Shown here: piece by piece, positions 40,351 through 53,513 of the stretch
Layout of the letters: each line of letters begins with the position of its first letter
Numbering within the stretch: position 1 is the first letter of the stretch
Origin: the human T2T-CHM13v2.0 reference genome, Homo sapiens
Assembly: GCF_009914755.1 (NCBI RefSeq)
Contig: NC_060932.1
Length of the DNA stretch: 64,000 nucleotides
Reading direction: 5' to 3' (one strand)
The notes under the pieces: generated by a model
Databases searched by the model: none
What the model was told of the DNA's origin: nothing
Seen by the model: the letters and a program-made list of their open reading frames with translations, nothing else
Program-made: the position numbers and the translations under genes

Positions 40351-42059
40351 AACTGTCTCTCAGGCTGGTGTTTTTAAAAGGTGTCTCCTTCAAAGAGAGA
40401 GCAAAGTAGAGAAATCAAACCTGTCAGTTTGAGCCCCGGATAATTAACTTTTGCATAATGCCTTATTTTTTAAAGAATAATTTTTGTACCAAAATAAGAT
40501 GTGTTCCTCTCTATGACTGAATATTGACAATTAACTGAGTGGGTGATTCTTCTTCATATTCAACTGATAAAATAAGCTTTTCTAGTTTTGGTTTTTTTTC
40601 CCTGAAAGTTTTGATGTTGTCAGATCACTTTAACCTTTAGATTAGGCAGAGTTTGAGTTTTAATTACCACACATATATTCAAGGAAATTTAAATTGTCTA
40701 CAACTTTAAAAATACTTATCATGCAAATTCCCAGATATGCCAACATATTCACCAACAGAGACTTTTCCTTTATAACTGGTGGATTCATTTTTGGGGAATG
40801 GTGGGAAATAAAAAGATCTATGTTGAAAATGCATCAGGACATTTGTCTCTTGACAATATTTCAAAATAATGCACTTTTCAAAACTATACTCTCAACTCTT
40901 TTCTTACAAATACCCAAATGATCTATTCTGTTTTTGCGTTTCTTCCCCCGCCAATCCAATAATTAGAGCTAGTTCTATGAGTTGGCCACAGCTCTGACAG
41001 TTGATTCTGGGTTGCGTTTTCTAATTCATCCCCACAATCAGTGTTTCTGAACGCTGTCTCTCACTTTGTTATTCTTCGACATTACAAGGATGACAAAGAT
41101 ATCTAATAATTATCCATCTAATGCGGTTCACCCGCAAGTCAAATGTGAAATGTCAGATGTCCAGGACATCCAGAGAGAGCTCTATAATCCCTCATTTTAT
41201 AAATGTTTAAGACAATGTGAACAGGCTGACCCCAGATAATTATAAAATTAAGCCTTTGTAAGTGATACACAATTTGAACAATGATTGCCAATAATTTGAC
41301 CATGAGAAAGACAAAAAAAAAAAAAAAACAGAAGCTAACTATTTCTTCTGGAAAATTGTCTTTAGACGTGAAAAATTAATATAAGCTGAACAATACATTC
41401 TCCATCATGTAAATTGAAATAATCACTAGTTTAATAAGAAATTAACTTATACTTAAAATTACTATGGACATAATGATGTCCACAAAGCTTTCATAAAGGT
41501 AACAAACCTGCACAATATAAATGAACGGCTTAACTTTTTTGGGGGGGCATATTACAAATAACTTCAATAGTCTAACTGCTAATCTTTTCAATTGTTTTCT
41601 TAGTTACTCTTCAACTGTGAACTTCCCATATTTCCAACGTTTATTGGTAATAGTGAAAGGCGTTGATTCATATAACTTTTGAGAGACAAGTTTAAAAAAA
41701 TCTCTTAAAAGAACTCACAATTAATATCATCATTAGGCAAACTAATGTACTGGTTAACTCACAGTATTAACTAAGCCTGATGTATTATTTTACTTAGGTG
41801 AAATGACGACAGTCCAGATAGCTCATCGACATTTAAAGCTCATTTCCTTACCTTAGGTTACTAGGGGATAGAAAACCAAGAAATGGGCTGGAACTGGAGA
41901 TATGAAAGTAGATAAGAAGCAATTTCAGACTTCACACACCAACACACACATGAGGTAGTATAAAAGGTAAATATTGATTGTAGTGAATCATTATTCCAGA
42001 AATGCTGTAGACATAAGAACGTACTGACTATTCACTCAAGACGTGGCTCCAACTAAGAC

Positions 42060-42390
42060 TATCATGATTATTATTACTAATAACTTAAATTTATTGAAAG
42101 GTTATGTTCCAGACCGTATTTAAAGCACTTTACTTAAATTTTGCTCATAACATTCTACGATGTAGGCGCTACTTTTACCTTTCTTTCAATACTAACGTAA
42201 AGTGTAATGGTGATCTGTGGAGGACTTTATCACTTGCACCTTGGAACTGATTCCATGCACATGATCTCACATAATCCCAATGCACCCTTTGAAATAAGAT
42301 TATTACAAAGAATAAATCTCAGTGGTTTAGCAACTGTTCTAAATGACTTGATCTTCCAAGTTGTATGCATCTTGATATTGTAATTTCCAT
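42060..42390 (-). mobile_element. MIR fragments
   Basis: aacttaaatttattgaaaggttatgttccagaccgtatttaaagcactttac. Confidence 0.5.
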
Positions 42391-42439
42391 ATTACAGAAC
42401 ACAGTAAACTAGTCTCATCTCCTCAGTGGAAGTGTTATC

Positions 42440-44054
42440 TCTTCTTTACGGAATTACCTGACATTTTCGTCAAAAAAATCATTTTATCACGTATGTGCTG
42501 GCCTGTCTCTGGATTTTCTCGTCTATACCATTGAGCAATCCCGCATCACCTTGGCTACTTTAGCTCAATATTGACATCTTCAAATCGTATTATGTAAGTC
42601 CTCCCACTTTGTTCTTTTTAAATCATATTGACTATTCTAGGCCCTTGGCAATTTCATATGAATTTTACAATTAGTGTGTCAATTCCTAAAAACAAACAAA
42701 CAAACAAATAAATGATACATCCTTTTGGGCTCTTGACTGGAATTGTGTTGATCCTACAGACCATCTACAGATGAATAAACTTACATCTTGAAAGCCCTGC
42801 ATCTTCTCATTCATGGTCTAGTGTATCTCCCCTTTTCATTTTTCATATTTTGTTAGGTCTTTAGTAATTTCTCTCAGCTATGTTTTACAGTTTCAGCATG
42901 CAGTCTTGCATGTATCTTCTTAAATTTATTACTAAATCTGTCATATTTTAATTCTGTAAATGTTATAATTTTAAAAATTTTGTTTTGAAATTGCTCATTG
43001 CTGGTATCGATTTATATTGTGATCTCAAACCATGCAACAGTGCCACCTCACTTGTTATGTCTAGTAACTTTTGTATAGATTTAAAACAAAATTCACAGCA
43101 ATCACATCATATAAATAAATACATTGGATCTCATATTTCTAATCTCTATGTCTGTATTTTTCTTGTTCATGGCACTTGCTTGGTAACTTCATTACATGTT
43201 GAATAGTTGTAAAAGTGGATATTATTTTTGTTTCTGATTTTATGAGGAATTGATTCAATCTTTCATCATTAAGTAAGAAATTAGTTATAAAATTTCCATG
43301 GATGCCCTTTACTGGGTCCAGGAGGTTTCTCTCAGTTCCTAGTCAGCTGAAAAGCTGCATGATAAACAGATGCTGAATTTTTATCTAATGTTCTTTCCAC
43401 ATTTATTGACGTGATCATGTATGCAGGTTTTAATTTCCAGTCTGTTAAGATTATGAATTACAATGATTTTCAAGAATGTTAAACCAATCTCGTATTCCTG
43501 AAAGTGACCCCAGTGGTCATGACGTGCTATCCTTTTTATAAATCACTGGATCTTATTTCACAACATTTTTAAAAGGTTTTTTCTGTTTTCGTTTCATCCA
43601 GTTTAATTTTTTAATTTTTAGGTAATATGTACTTCATATTTGGAAATTAAACAACACTCTTCTACATAACCCACGGGAAAGCTCCTTATATTTGGAAATT
43701 AAATAAACCATGGGTTATATAGAAGTGTTTTGTTTAGTTTCCAAATACGAGGAGCTTTCCCACATATTCTGTTATCAATTTACAGTTTAATTATGTTGTG
43801 ATAAGATAATATAACATAGTATCAAACATTTTTAATTGACTAAGCCTTTTTTTAACGGCACAGAATATAGTTTATCTTAGTGAATGTTCCACGTGCGGTT
43901 GAAAGGACTGTGTCTTCCGCTGTTCAAGGGGAAGTGTTTCATATGGTTCAAGTAGGTCACATTTGTTAACAGGGCTAACAAAACCTCCACAGCCTTTTCA
44001 ACTTATGTCTACCTGTTCTATTAGTTAAAAGTCCTGTTAAAATCTCCAATGGTA
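42440..44054 (-). mobile_element. Old L1M ORF2-region fragment
   Basis: Antisense L1 motifs gactattctaggccctt, ctttcatcattaagta, ttggtgaatgttccacgtgc-like, aaatctccaa. Confidence 0.78.
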
Positions 44055-44366
44055 GGCCGGGGGTGGCGTCTCATGCCTGTAATCCCAGCACTTTGGGAGG
44101 CCAAGGCAGGTGGATCACCTGAAGTCAGGTGTTCGAGACCAGCCTGGCCAACATGGTAAAACCCCGTCTCTACTAAAAATATAAAAATTATCTGGGCATG
44201 GTGGCAAGTGCCTTTAATCCCAGCTACTCCGGAGGATGAGGCAGGATAACTGCTTTAACCGAGAGGCTTAGGTTGCAGTCAGCTGAGATTGCACCACTAC
44301 ACTGCAGCCTGGCAACAGACCAAGACTCCGTCTAAATAATAACAATAATAATAATAATAACAACAA
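44055..44366 (+). mobile_element. AluS (Sx/Sz-like) with (AAT/AAC)n tail
   Basis: Full dimer; no TSD evident. Confidence 0.93.
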
Positions 44367-45199
44367 GTGTCGCAGACATAGTATGTGCTATATATATTTG
44401 TTAAAAAATAAAAACAAAAAGTCATGTTAGTCTGCATTTGAAGAGTATAAGGGGCTTAGAATTTGGGACAGAGGCTTTAATAAATGACTGAAGAGCACTT
44501 TGGAAGCACTGATGCATACAGGAGAGGGAGGGAGAACAAGAAAAATAGGGGAAAGACGTTAGGTTTTGTGACACACTTTGAATGTGACCCTTCTTTGGCA
44601 GGGAAATTTTCTCCAGAAGTTGTTTTGAATAGTTTGTCTTCTTATATTTTCTTTATTTTATATATATTATATTTGGTTGCTGGACAAAGATCTTGACTGT
44701 GAACTTGCTCATGATAAACGATGAACGTGTTTTAACATCAATTCCACATACTTACTGCTTTCCATTATCTAAAAGTACAACTTTCCTAAAGAAATAATGG
44801 AAGGACCAATGAGTTCTATTCCACCAACTTAATAATGAATAAAACCAACAATCAATAATACAGTGACTTAATCAGCTAGAAAAGATGAGCATTTCTTCAA
44901 TATGACTATTACAATCAAAAGCAGTTTTACTACCCAGTTATCATTTTGAAGAGACATTTTTATTTTGCAAGGGGTATCCAATTTTCAATGTTCTCATTAT
45001 TCAGAAACTAACAAAAAAGGAGATTTTTTTTTTCAGAACACTGACTGGTACAAAAAGCATTAGTAGAATAACTGAGGATGGGCTACTGGAAAATATTTAT
45101 CACCAGGGTAAGAAGTTGTGTATATAACAATTAAAATGTATTAAATCTGAACTAGAATTTTCTAATTCATGAGTGTGATATTACTGTTTTTAAAAGCTA

Positions 45200-45530
45200 T
45201 TTTTAATTAATAAATACAAATTATACCTATTTATGATGTGCGATATAATATTTTAAAATATGGATGCATTGTGGAATGGCTAAATTGAGCTAATTAACAT
45301 ATGCATTGCTTTACATCCTTATCATTTCTTTATAGTGACAACCCTTAAAATCTTCTGTTAGCAATTTTGAAAAAATACAATATAATGTTATCAACTACAG
45401 CTACCATGTTGTACAATGGAGCTCTTAAACTTTCTCCTCCTGTCTCATTGAAATGTTGTAGCCTCTGACCAAGATCTCCCCAACACCTCAATCTTACAGT
45501 CCCTGGAAACAACCATTTTACTTCTCAGAC
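45200..45530 (-). mobile_element. L1MA 3' end
   Basis: ttgtggaatggctaaattgagctaattaacatatgcatt...caaccattttactt. Confidence 0.82.
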
Positions 45531-45669
45531 TATTATAACTATCACATGGATGAGGTATATAGAAGCTCTAACAATTTAAGGAAAAGCATACATTTTAAGC
45601 ACCAATACTATATAAATTAAAAGGTTATTATTACACTGTCAGGAGCAAAGAGAGAAGCTAGCAACATTA

Positions 45670-46000
45670 AGTGTGTCTAATTTGGGGTTATTTTGGGGTT
45701 CTTTTGTGTGGGGGAAACTAATTGAAGAACATGAGGGTGGGTGGTTTGTTTGGGAGATGATTTTAGGTACAAGATTGAAGGGGCAACGAGGATGAGAGAA
45801 AGGAGGAGGAGAAGGAGGAATATTATAAGGGCACATTTCCTGATTCATGGTATGAGCAATGGGGACTTGATCCCACCAGGATCTCCAAGAAGCGCACAAG
45901 ACAGCCACAAGCACTGTTGCCTCTAACAGATGGAAAGCTGGGGCAATGACCTGCTTCCATCTTTCATTGATTGAGGGGATCCCTGGGGACATGGCCTCCT
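45670..46000 (-). mobile_element. LTR33-like ERVL LTR fragment
   Basis: gggagatgatt...gcaatggggacttgatcccacc...gaaagctgggg...tcattgattgagggg resembles recalled LTR33. Confidence 0.5.
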
Positions 46001-48256
46001 CATTCAGCCCCAATTCAAGATTGTGCCTCCATGGGAAGCTCCAGGTGTTGAGGCAGGACGTGAAAACACACATGGAGAGGTTCATGCCAGCAGAGCGACG
46101 TGTCTCCAGGCTTGCATGAAATTACCCACTACATTTGCCAGGGTCCACGGCATTTCCTGTGCGTATTTGCTGTCACGCTACAGACAGGACTGAGTTGCCA
46201 GAAAATAAAAAGAAAATCTTCCTTAAAGGCAATGATAATAATAATTAGACACGTTACACTGACCTGCATTTATACATCAGCTGACTTACAGAAGAAAGGT
46301 AAACCACAAGACCCTAGAGGCCACGATCCAATACTGACTGTGAAGTTTCTCATCATGCAGTGGAAGAATTATGATGATGAATTAGTAGTTTGATACTTAA
46401 ACACAAATTATCAAAATAAAAGAACCTATTCTCCAATTTGATAGTTTCCAAGTAGAAAAGCCATCTGACTCTAGCTGGTCTGCATAAAGTTTAAGAACAG
46501 GGAAAACTCTCCGGTAGAGTTCCAATCGGCCTACGGGTCAATGTAAGTAGCAAAAGAGAGGTTCTTCTGGATCTCCAACGCATGAGTGGTTCAGCTGCTA
46601 ATGCACAAACATAATACGCCCCTTTACTTCTGCAGACTCCGTCCACTTGCTGCCAGTTTTCTCAGCATGACAGAGCCTCAGTACAAGCGTTCCGCTTGCC
46701 CATAGCAATATTGCGTGAAATATGAAACCACCATTAAGTCGTGGCTCAGCAGGAACGTGTTTGATCTTTTTCTTCATGATGGTTAAAAAGTTAATGTTTC
46801 TCCTGCCACTTTAATAATGCATTATGGAGCACAGGATAAAACTTCTTCCTCAAAATGTAATTGGGGTTTTCAATCTTTTTTATCTCTTACCTCATCGCTA
46901 ACAAACAGTACATGGTATAAACATATTCTTCGGTCATAATAGGTTTAGTATATTAAAATACTGTGCTAAGTAGAATATTTTCTTTAAAAGATTAAATTTC
47001 ATTTTATTTCTCTTTCAAAGAATACTTAATAAAAAATAAGGAAAACCAATATTCATAATAAGCCCTGAACAGACAAGAAGAAAAAACGATTTTTTTCATC
47101 ACATAACAGTTACAGTAAAAGCATAATTCAACTGAGCCCCGTTTCTGATCTACAAAAGTCACTTTAGTGAGATTTTTAAAGCTGTTTCAACTATTTGAAA
47201 ATAATACTTGAATTTTATACATTAATCTGAAAGAATATATCTACATTTATAGGCAGGAGATGTCTCAAAGTTGTTTGTTTTACAAAGACAGAAGTTTTGA
47301 AGCAAATTCCTGCCATGTGAGACAAGACCTGTATAGGTAGTTTGTGGGGACTGCACAGGCGGGCACGGGTCTGACGGTGACTGAGGCCAGAGTGGATTTC
47401 CTCCTCAGCCCTGGCCCACCTTTGTGTCTTCCATGGCACCTTCTCCTCGTTTTAAGCACCAGCCCAGTGTCCTGAACAGAGCAGGAATTCAAGAATTCAA
47501 TAAGTTTGTTAATTAAATGAATGCAAAAGGCATTTGGGGCAGAATGTAACTTAAACTCTGTTCATTAGTGGGATGTAGAGTGCTGTATTTTCCTCCGCTT
47601 GTGGGATTCCAACTGCTTGAATAACAACTGGTTGACCTGAGCCCCAGAAATTAACCATGTAAATATGATGATCTATCTAAGTAAAATACATCGCCAAAGA
47701 TATGAATCATCATAGAAAACAACGAGAGAAATACTACTACTCTAGGAAACAGCTGACAAAAATATTGGAAGAAAGGTTAAAATTTTTTAAAAATTAAAAA
47801 ATAAACATTTGCAGATATTTAGTTCTAATTTAAAATGAGACTTCATGGGTATTAACAACATGGGGGGCATTAAAACGTAATAGATGAGTAGAAAATGAGG
47901 GTGACCTGTGCTGAGAACAAATTAGTGAGCTGGCAAAGAAGTGAAAAATAGTAACTCAAAGTTAACCCAAAAAGAAAAATTAAATACATAACTTGCACAT
48001 TAAACTACATAAGCTATCCTGGAGGAAAAAAAATCTTAAATAACCAGTTTCCCAGAAAAAAAAATAGATATCGAATATATAATTATGAAAGTAATAATAA
48101 AGGAAATTTTCCCTGATTACACTTGGAACAACTTCACCATTTATGTCCAAGATGGATGAAAAGATACTGACCTAGGTAAATAATTGTAAAATTCATTAGT
48201 TGTTTGAATAAAAATAAAAATCTTTAAATTTCCGACAGAAAGAACAAATTATTTAA

Positions 48257-48678
48257 GTAGTGGTTCTCAAAGTATGGTCGCAGAAACCTTTAATGGGACA
48301 GAGCAGAAACTGTTCATGGTGTCTCCGAGGTGAAAAGAATTTTCATAATAAGAAGATTAAGATGGTATGGGCCTTCCTCACTCTTATTCTCCTGAGCCCA
48401 CAGTAAATACTTCTAGAGGCTACGCGAAAGGTGTCGTGGCTATAAATTGCATGCAGAAGCCAATAGAATAATTCAACCATCTTCTGTTGAACCAAACATA
48501 AAATAGATTTAATTCTACTTAGTTTCTTCATTAAAAATATGTATGTTGATATGTAAAGGGTAATTATTTTCATAAATTAATTGATTCACATACACTTTAA
48601 CTCAGTTTTACTTTCTAGTACTAACAGATACAAGCCACATAAACAAAACCTCCTTCAGGTTTGGAAAATTTTTTAACA
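48257..48678. mobile_element. hAT-Charlie family DNA element fragment
   Basis: agtggttctcaaagtatggtc terminus; ttctagaggctac...ccatcttctgttgaaccaaacata...ccacataaacaaaa. Confidence 0.6.
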
Positions 48679-48910
48679 GTATAAATTCACAGAGGCAGAA
48701 AACAGATCAGCAGTCACCAAGAGACAGGGAGAGAGGAGAATGGAAGAAATTCCTTAATGGGTAGAGCTGTTTTCCTGGGGTGATTACAGATTCTGAAATC
48801 AAAGAGATATTATTGTTGCACAGCATTGTGAATACACTACATGTCACTGAATTGGACATTTTAAAATGGCTAATTGTATGTTATGTTTATCTCACTTCAA
48901 TAAAAACAAA
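48679..48910 (+). mobile_element. L1MB 3' end
   Basis: aaattcacagaggcagaaa...ttgcacagcattgtgaatacact...cactgaattggacattttaaaatgg...caataaaa. Confidence 0.8.
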
Positions 48911-50494
48911 AGAAGTACTTGATTATTAAGCAATACTCTCATTAATCAAAGAAATAAAAGCAGAAAGTTATTTTGAATGCAGTGAAAATAAGAGCAAAAA
49001 ACAAATCATCTCTAACCCAAGGCAACTCAGCGAAAGCTGTATTGAGTGCAATTTATGTCTTCATTAATGAAAAAGAAAGGAATACAAAACAACCTTCCAG
49101 AATACACTATTTAAAAATTAGAATAACATTATTTAAAAAAATACATGAGAAGATTTACTAAAGACAAAATTATAATCAAAGAAAAGAACAGAAAAGAAAC
49201 AGTATTTGTAAAGGAGAAGAAAATCAACAGCTTTCTCTGAAAAGATCAATGATCATAAACCCTAAAAAATACCATTTATAAAAAAAAATCAAACTGGATT
49301 AGAGATTTTACTTTGTGTAGAAGCACTATAAACATTATAGGATTAAAATCAAGAAAATATATAACTGATATAGGAGTTAAGGAGAAGTTTTTACCCTGGA
49401 TTAAGAGAATTCAACTCAGAAATTCTCTCATAAAATAAAAGATTATTTAGCATATATTTTACATAGTATGTATAAACATTACATGCCATATAATGCAAGT
49501 TAGGTGTTTATATATACTTAGATATTCATGTGTAATGAGTATATAGAATGTTTCTACTCAAAAATTATTTTGCACAGAGAAGAGACCATAAACACACACA
49601 GACAGAGGTGTATGGGCTGAGTTTGGGGGTTTCACTGGGAAAAGATAATGACATTGCCCTGAGTGGAGTTTTACAGCTTCAGGACTTCCCTGGGATAGAT
49701 AATTGGAGCTATTAAAGTGGGTCACTGCGCCCAAGCATACGCATTTCAAGGTTTCTATGTTAGGTGCCTCACCTAAGAACGCTGGGACTGGGAGCCTGGG
49801 GAAGTGATGGCGGGGAGGGGTGAGGGGTGGATAGGCACGGGGACTCAGGAGAAGCTTCCCCCACAGAGCCCCTGAGCTGCTCCACGTGACAGCTGAGCTT
49901 ATCCACAAGCCCCGCAACACCTCAGAGCTATACAGCCATGAGAGGTCTCATTTTCCCTGCAGTTCCTAGAGAGCCTAATGTTCTGGGTGGTCTCCTGTGT
50001 GAGGTGCTGTGCAGGCCCCAGGACTGTGCTCTGGGCCACTGTCTGGAACGGCCCTGGCAAGGGTGGCTCTGGGTCTCGCCTTAGGCTGGGAGCGCACAGG
50101 AGCCCTTCCTTCCTCTGGTGGTGATGCCTCCAGGTCTCAGCGCCACCTGCTCATGGTGAGCGGGGCACATGCTTGGGAGCTCCTGTCCCCGGGACCCCGC
50201 CTCTAGGAAGCTCGTGCAGGGGCCTAGGAACGTGGCCAGTGGGAGAGATCCCAGTTTCCCGAGGGGAATCACATATGGGTCTGTAGAAACTTCAGCCCTT
50301 GCATCCTCAGAAAAAGGAATTTGACTGAGGGGCATAAAGGAGAAAAAGAGACCCAGGCAAGTCCAGAGCAGGAGTGGAAGTTTATTTTAAAAGACCTTAG
50401 AACAGGAAAGGAAGGTGCGCTTGGGAGAGACCAGGGCATGCACGCGAAGGCTGAAGAGAGAAGGTCAAGAGCCATTTAACTGGGATCCTAGGAC

Positions 50495-50979
<485 letters not shown>

Positions 50980-51969
50980 TGTGCATTGGAGTCTTTCTTC
51001 CTTATTCTGGTGGAGGGTACGTGGAAACTCATGCTCCTCCATCTTTGTCCTTTAACACTTATGCACAGAAAGTTGTTTCTCCCTGGGGTCTGCATTCAGT
51101 TAACATTTTGATGTTAATAAGTGTGGACCATCAGGAAATGGCCTCTCCTTTGCACTGCTAATTTATCATTTTCAAAGAGGCAATGCGATAATTATGAACC
51201 ATCACCTGACATTTCTAGTGGGTGCGGGAAAGCCGTCTCCTGCCCCCCTCATACCTAACTACCGGTAACGGGAAGACAGAAGCACTGACTGTCCTCCTGT
51301 CCTCCACCACCCGTGACCACGTGCAGAGCACCTTGAATGCGCCTCTCTCTCCTGTGAGAGGCCCCCACAGATCCCACCGGCAATGCCAACCAACATGCAA
51401 AAGAGGCATGCAGTGTCAACACCAAACACACATCCAGTGTGTTCTTGGTGAAACTCCATGTTACGCCACAGAAACAAAAACCATACATCCCTCATCTTAC
51501 TGGTTCAGAGATTTTCCAAAAATGACTCTAAGCTTCCATTTAAGACACAGGTCAACAAATAAACCAGAAGGAAAAAATGTAGAAATAAAGTAGAATTTTG
51601 TACTGATATGTCATTCTCTCTACTCATGTTTGAAGCTGTCAGCCAACCTCTAATAAGTCAGTAGAGGATTTGGCGTCTGAAAAAATGTTTACATATTCCA
51701 TAGGAGATTGGCGCTACCTGCCCTGCTCCATTTTGTAGTATTGAATATCTCATCAATAAATACCTCACTACTTCCTCTTTCACCGATTCTAAAAGAGTGT
51801 CTCAGAGGATGACGAAAGAGGATGAATACGTGGACACAAAGATTCTTCGAGAACTGCCACAAGAAAAAAACAGGGTCAAATACATAGAAACCCAGTGAAT
51901 TAATATCCCTTAGAAATCAATCATATCTCTGGTTGATTAACTGAGGGGTTCACTTTGCCCCCTGCCACA

Positions 51970-52220
51970 CTGAGATCTCTGTTCCCCCAGGCTGGGTGCA
52001 ATGGCACGATCTCGGCTCACTTCAACCTTTGCCTCCCGGGTTAAAGCAGCTGGGATTACAGGCGCCCAACACCACGCCCAACTAATTGTTTGTATTTTTA
52101 GTAGAGTCAGGGTTTCACCATATTGGCCAGGATGGTCTCGAACTCCTGACCTCAGGTGATCTACCTGCCTCAGCTTCCCAAAGTGGTGAGATTATTTGGC
52201 ATTAGCCACCGTGCTCGGCC
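51970..52220 (-). mobile_element. AluS with internal deletion and no recognisable poly-A tail
   Basis: Antisense Alu ending gtgctcggcc; about 26 bp missing after gggttaaagc. Confidence 0.9.
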
Positions 52221-52329
52221 AGGTTTCCTTTCTAACCCTTTTAAGTTCTGACCAGATCCTGGACCAAAATCTAATAATCTTAGATGCAAAAAGGTTGTAC
52301 AATTTTGGGGTATTAACCATAACTAAATG

Positions 52330-52565
52330 TAGATAGCATATAATGTGCCAGGTGGTGTTGTTAACTTTTTCACAAATTAATACATTTGACTTTTAAAACA
52401 ATGAAACCATCACATCAAAACTGTTATTATCCCCATCTCAAGATGGGGAAACTGAATCAGCAAGATGTTAGTCAGTTGCCTTATAGAACAATTAGAAGTG
52501 AGAGAGCTAGAATTTGAAGCCCAGAAGTCTAACTGGAGGCATGTATGTTTAGCCACTATGCTGTT
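52330..52565 (-). mobile_element. MIR
   Basis: ctgttattatccccatctcaagatggggaaactga...atttgaagcccagaagtct. Confidence 0.75.
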
Positions 52566-52649
52566 GCCTTGTGATAGCTTGAGTTTCATAATCATCCACG
52601 TACATTCCTAAAGAGATTGTAGGAAAAATAAAGAGGACAGGTGGAAACT

Positions 52650-52840
52650 CAGTAAAAATAATGGCTACTTTTTATCAAATACTTAATATGTATCAAATAC
52701 TGTGCCCCATGTTTTGCATACATAATCATTAAATTCTGATAACAAGACTAAAATGTTGTTATTTTCATTTTTGGATAAGACGACTGAAAATTATGAGTTA
52801 CTACCCGATGTGGCAGAACCTATATTTGAAACCCTACTCT
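52650..52840 (-). mobile_element. MIR
   Basis: aataatggctactttttatcaaatactta...ttttggataagacgactgaa...tggcagaacctatatttgaaaccc. Confidence 0.6.
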
Positions 52841-53513
52841 AAGGAAGTTCAGTTGGGCTGAACGTTCTTTAGCCCAACTGCAAAGCTTAGTTTTAGCCTC
52901 TGGAAGAATCGATTTAGGAGCTCGAAGGACACCCAGCCGTTACGGAAGGAAGAGAGAATGTTGGTGGCTCTTCCTGACTACGAACTCCTTGGAATGGTGC
53001 CAATGTACAGGTGATTACCTCTGCATTGTTGCAAACACTAAATGCTATTTTCATATCTAAAAAGAATATTACTTTTTCTATATGGAAAGGTTGGATCTGT
53101 TTTTCTTGTGGGCCCTAAAAAATGAAACCCACATGGTAGTAGAGAGTGACAGGCCTATCTCAGAAGGAAGAAATAACGTAGGAGACAAAAACGCCGGGGG
53201 AGGCTCTGTATATGTCTTTGGAAACTATTTCCTCACGTTCCTGCTCCTAATTTCCTGCCTCTTTCTCCTTCACACCCAGCTCTGCTAGATCCCTGATGTA
53301 ACTGCAGAACTAAAACATTTCTCAAAATGAGAAGACAGAAATACAGGGGCAAAGACAGTCTTTGTGTGTAGGTTTCACTATCGCAGTGGGGATACATGTA
53401 CTTTTGTGCCCTCAGAAATATTTTTTTAGTTGTTTCTTTCATTCAACAAATATCTATGAGTGTGTTCTACGTGCTAGGCACCAAGGCAGGTGTTAAGCAT
53501 AAAAATATATGTC

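Larger units (their letters stand above)
47740..49370 (+). mobile_element. Very old L1M ORF1/ORF2 fragments with nested insertions
   Basis: A-rich degenerate L1 motifs (caaattagtgagctgg, gaaattttccctga, tctgaaaagatcaat). Confidence 0.5.

Noticed and set aside
51806-51899. Protein-looking short ORF MTKEDEYVDTKILRELPQEKNRVKYIETQ
   Set aside because: Short, no good splice context, and probably overlaps a degenerate MIR-like element
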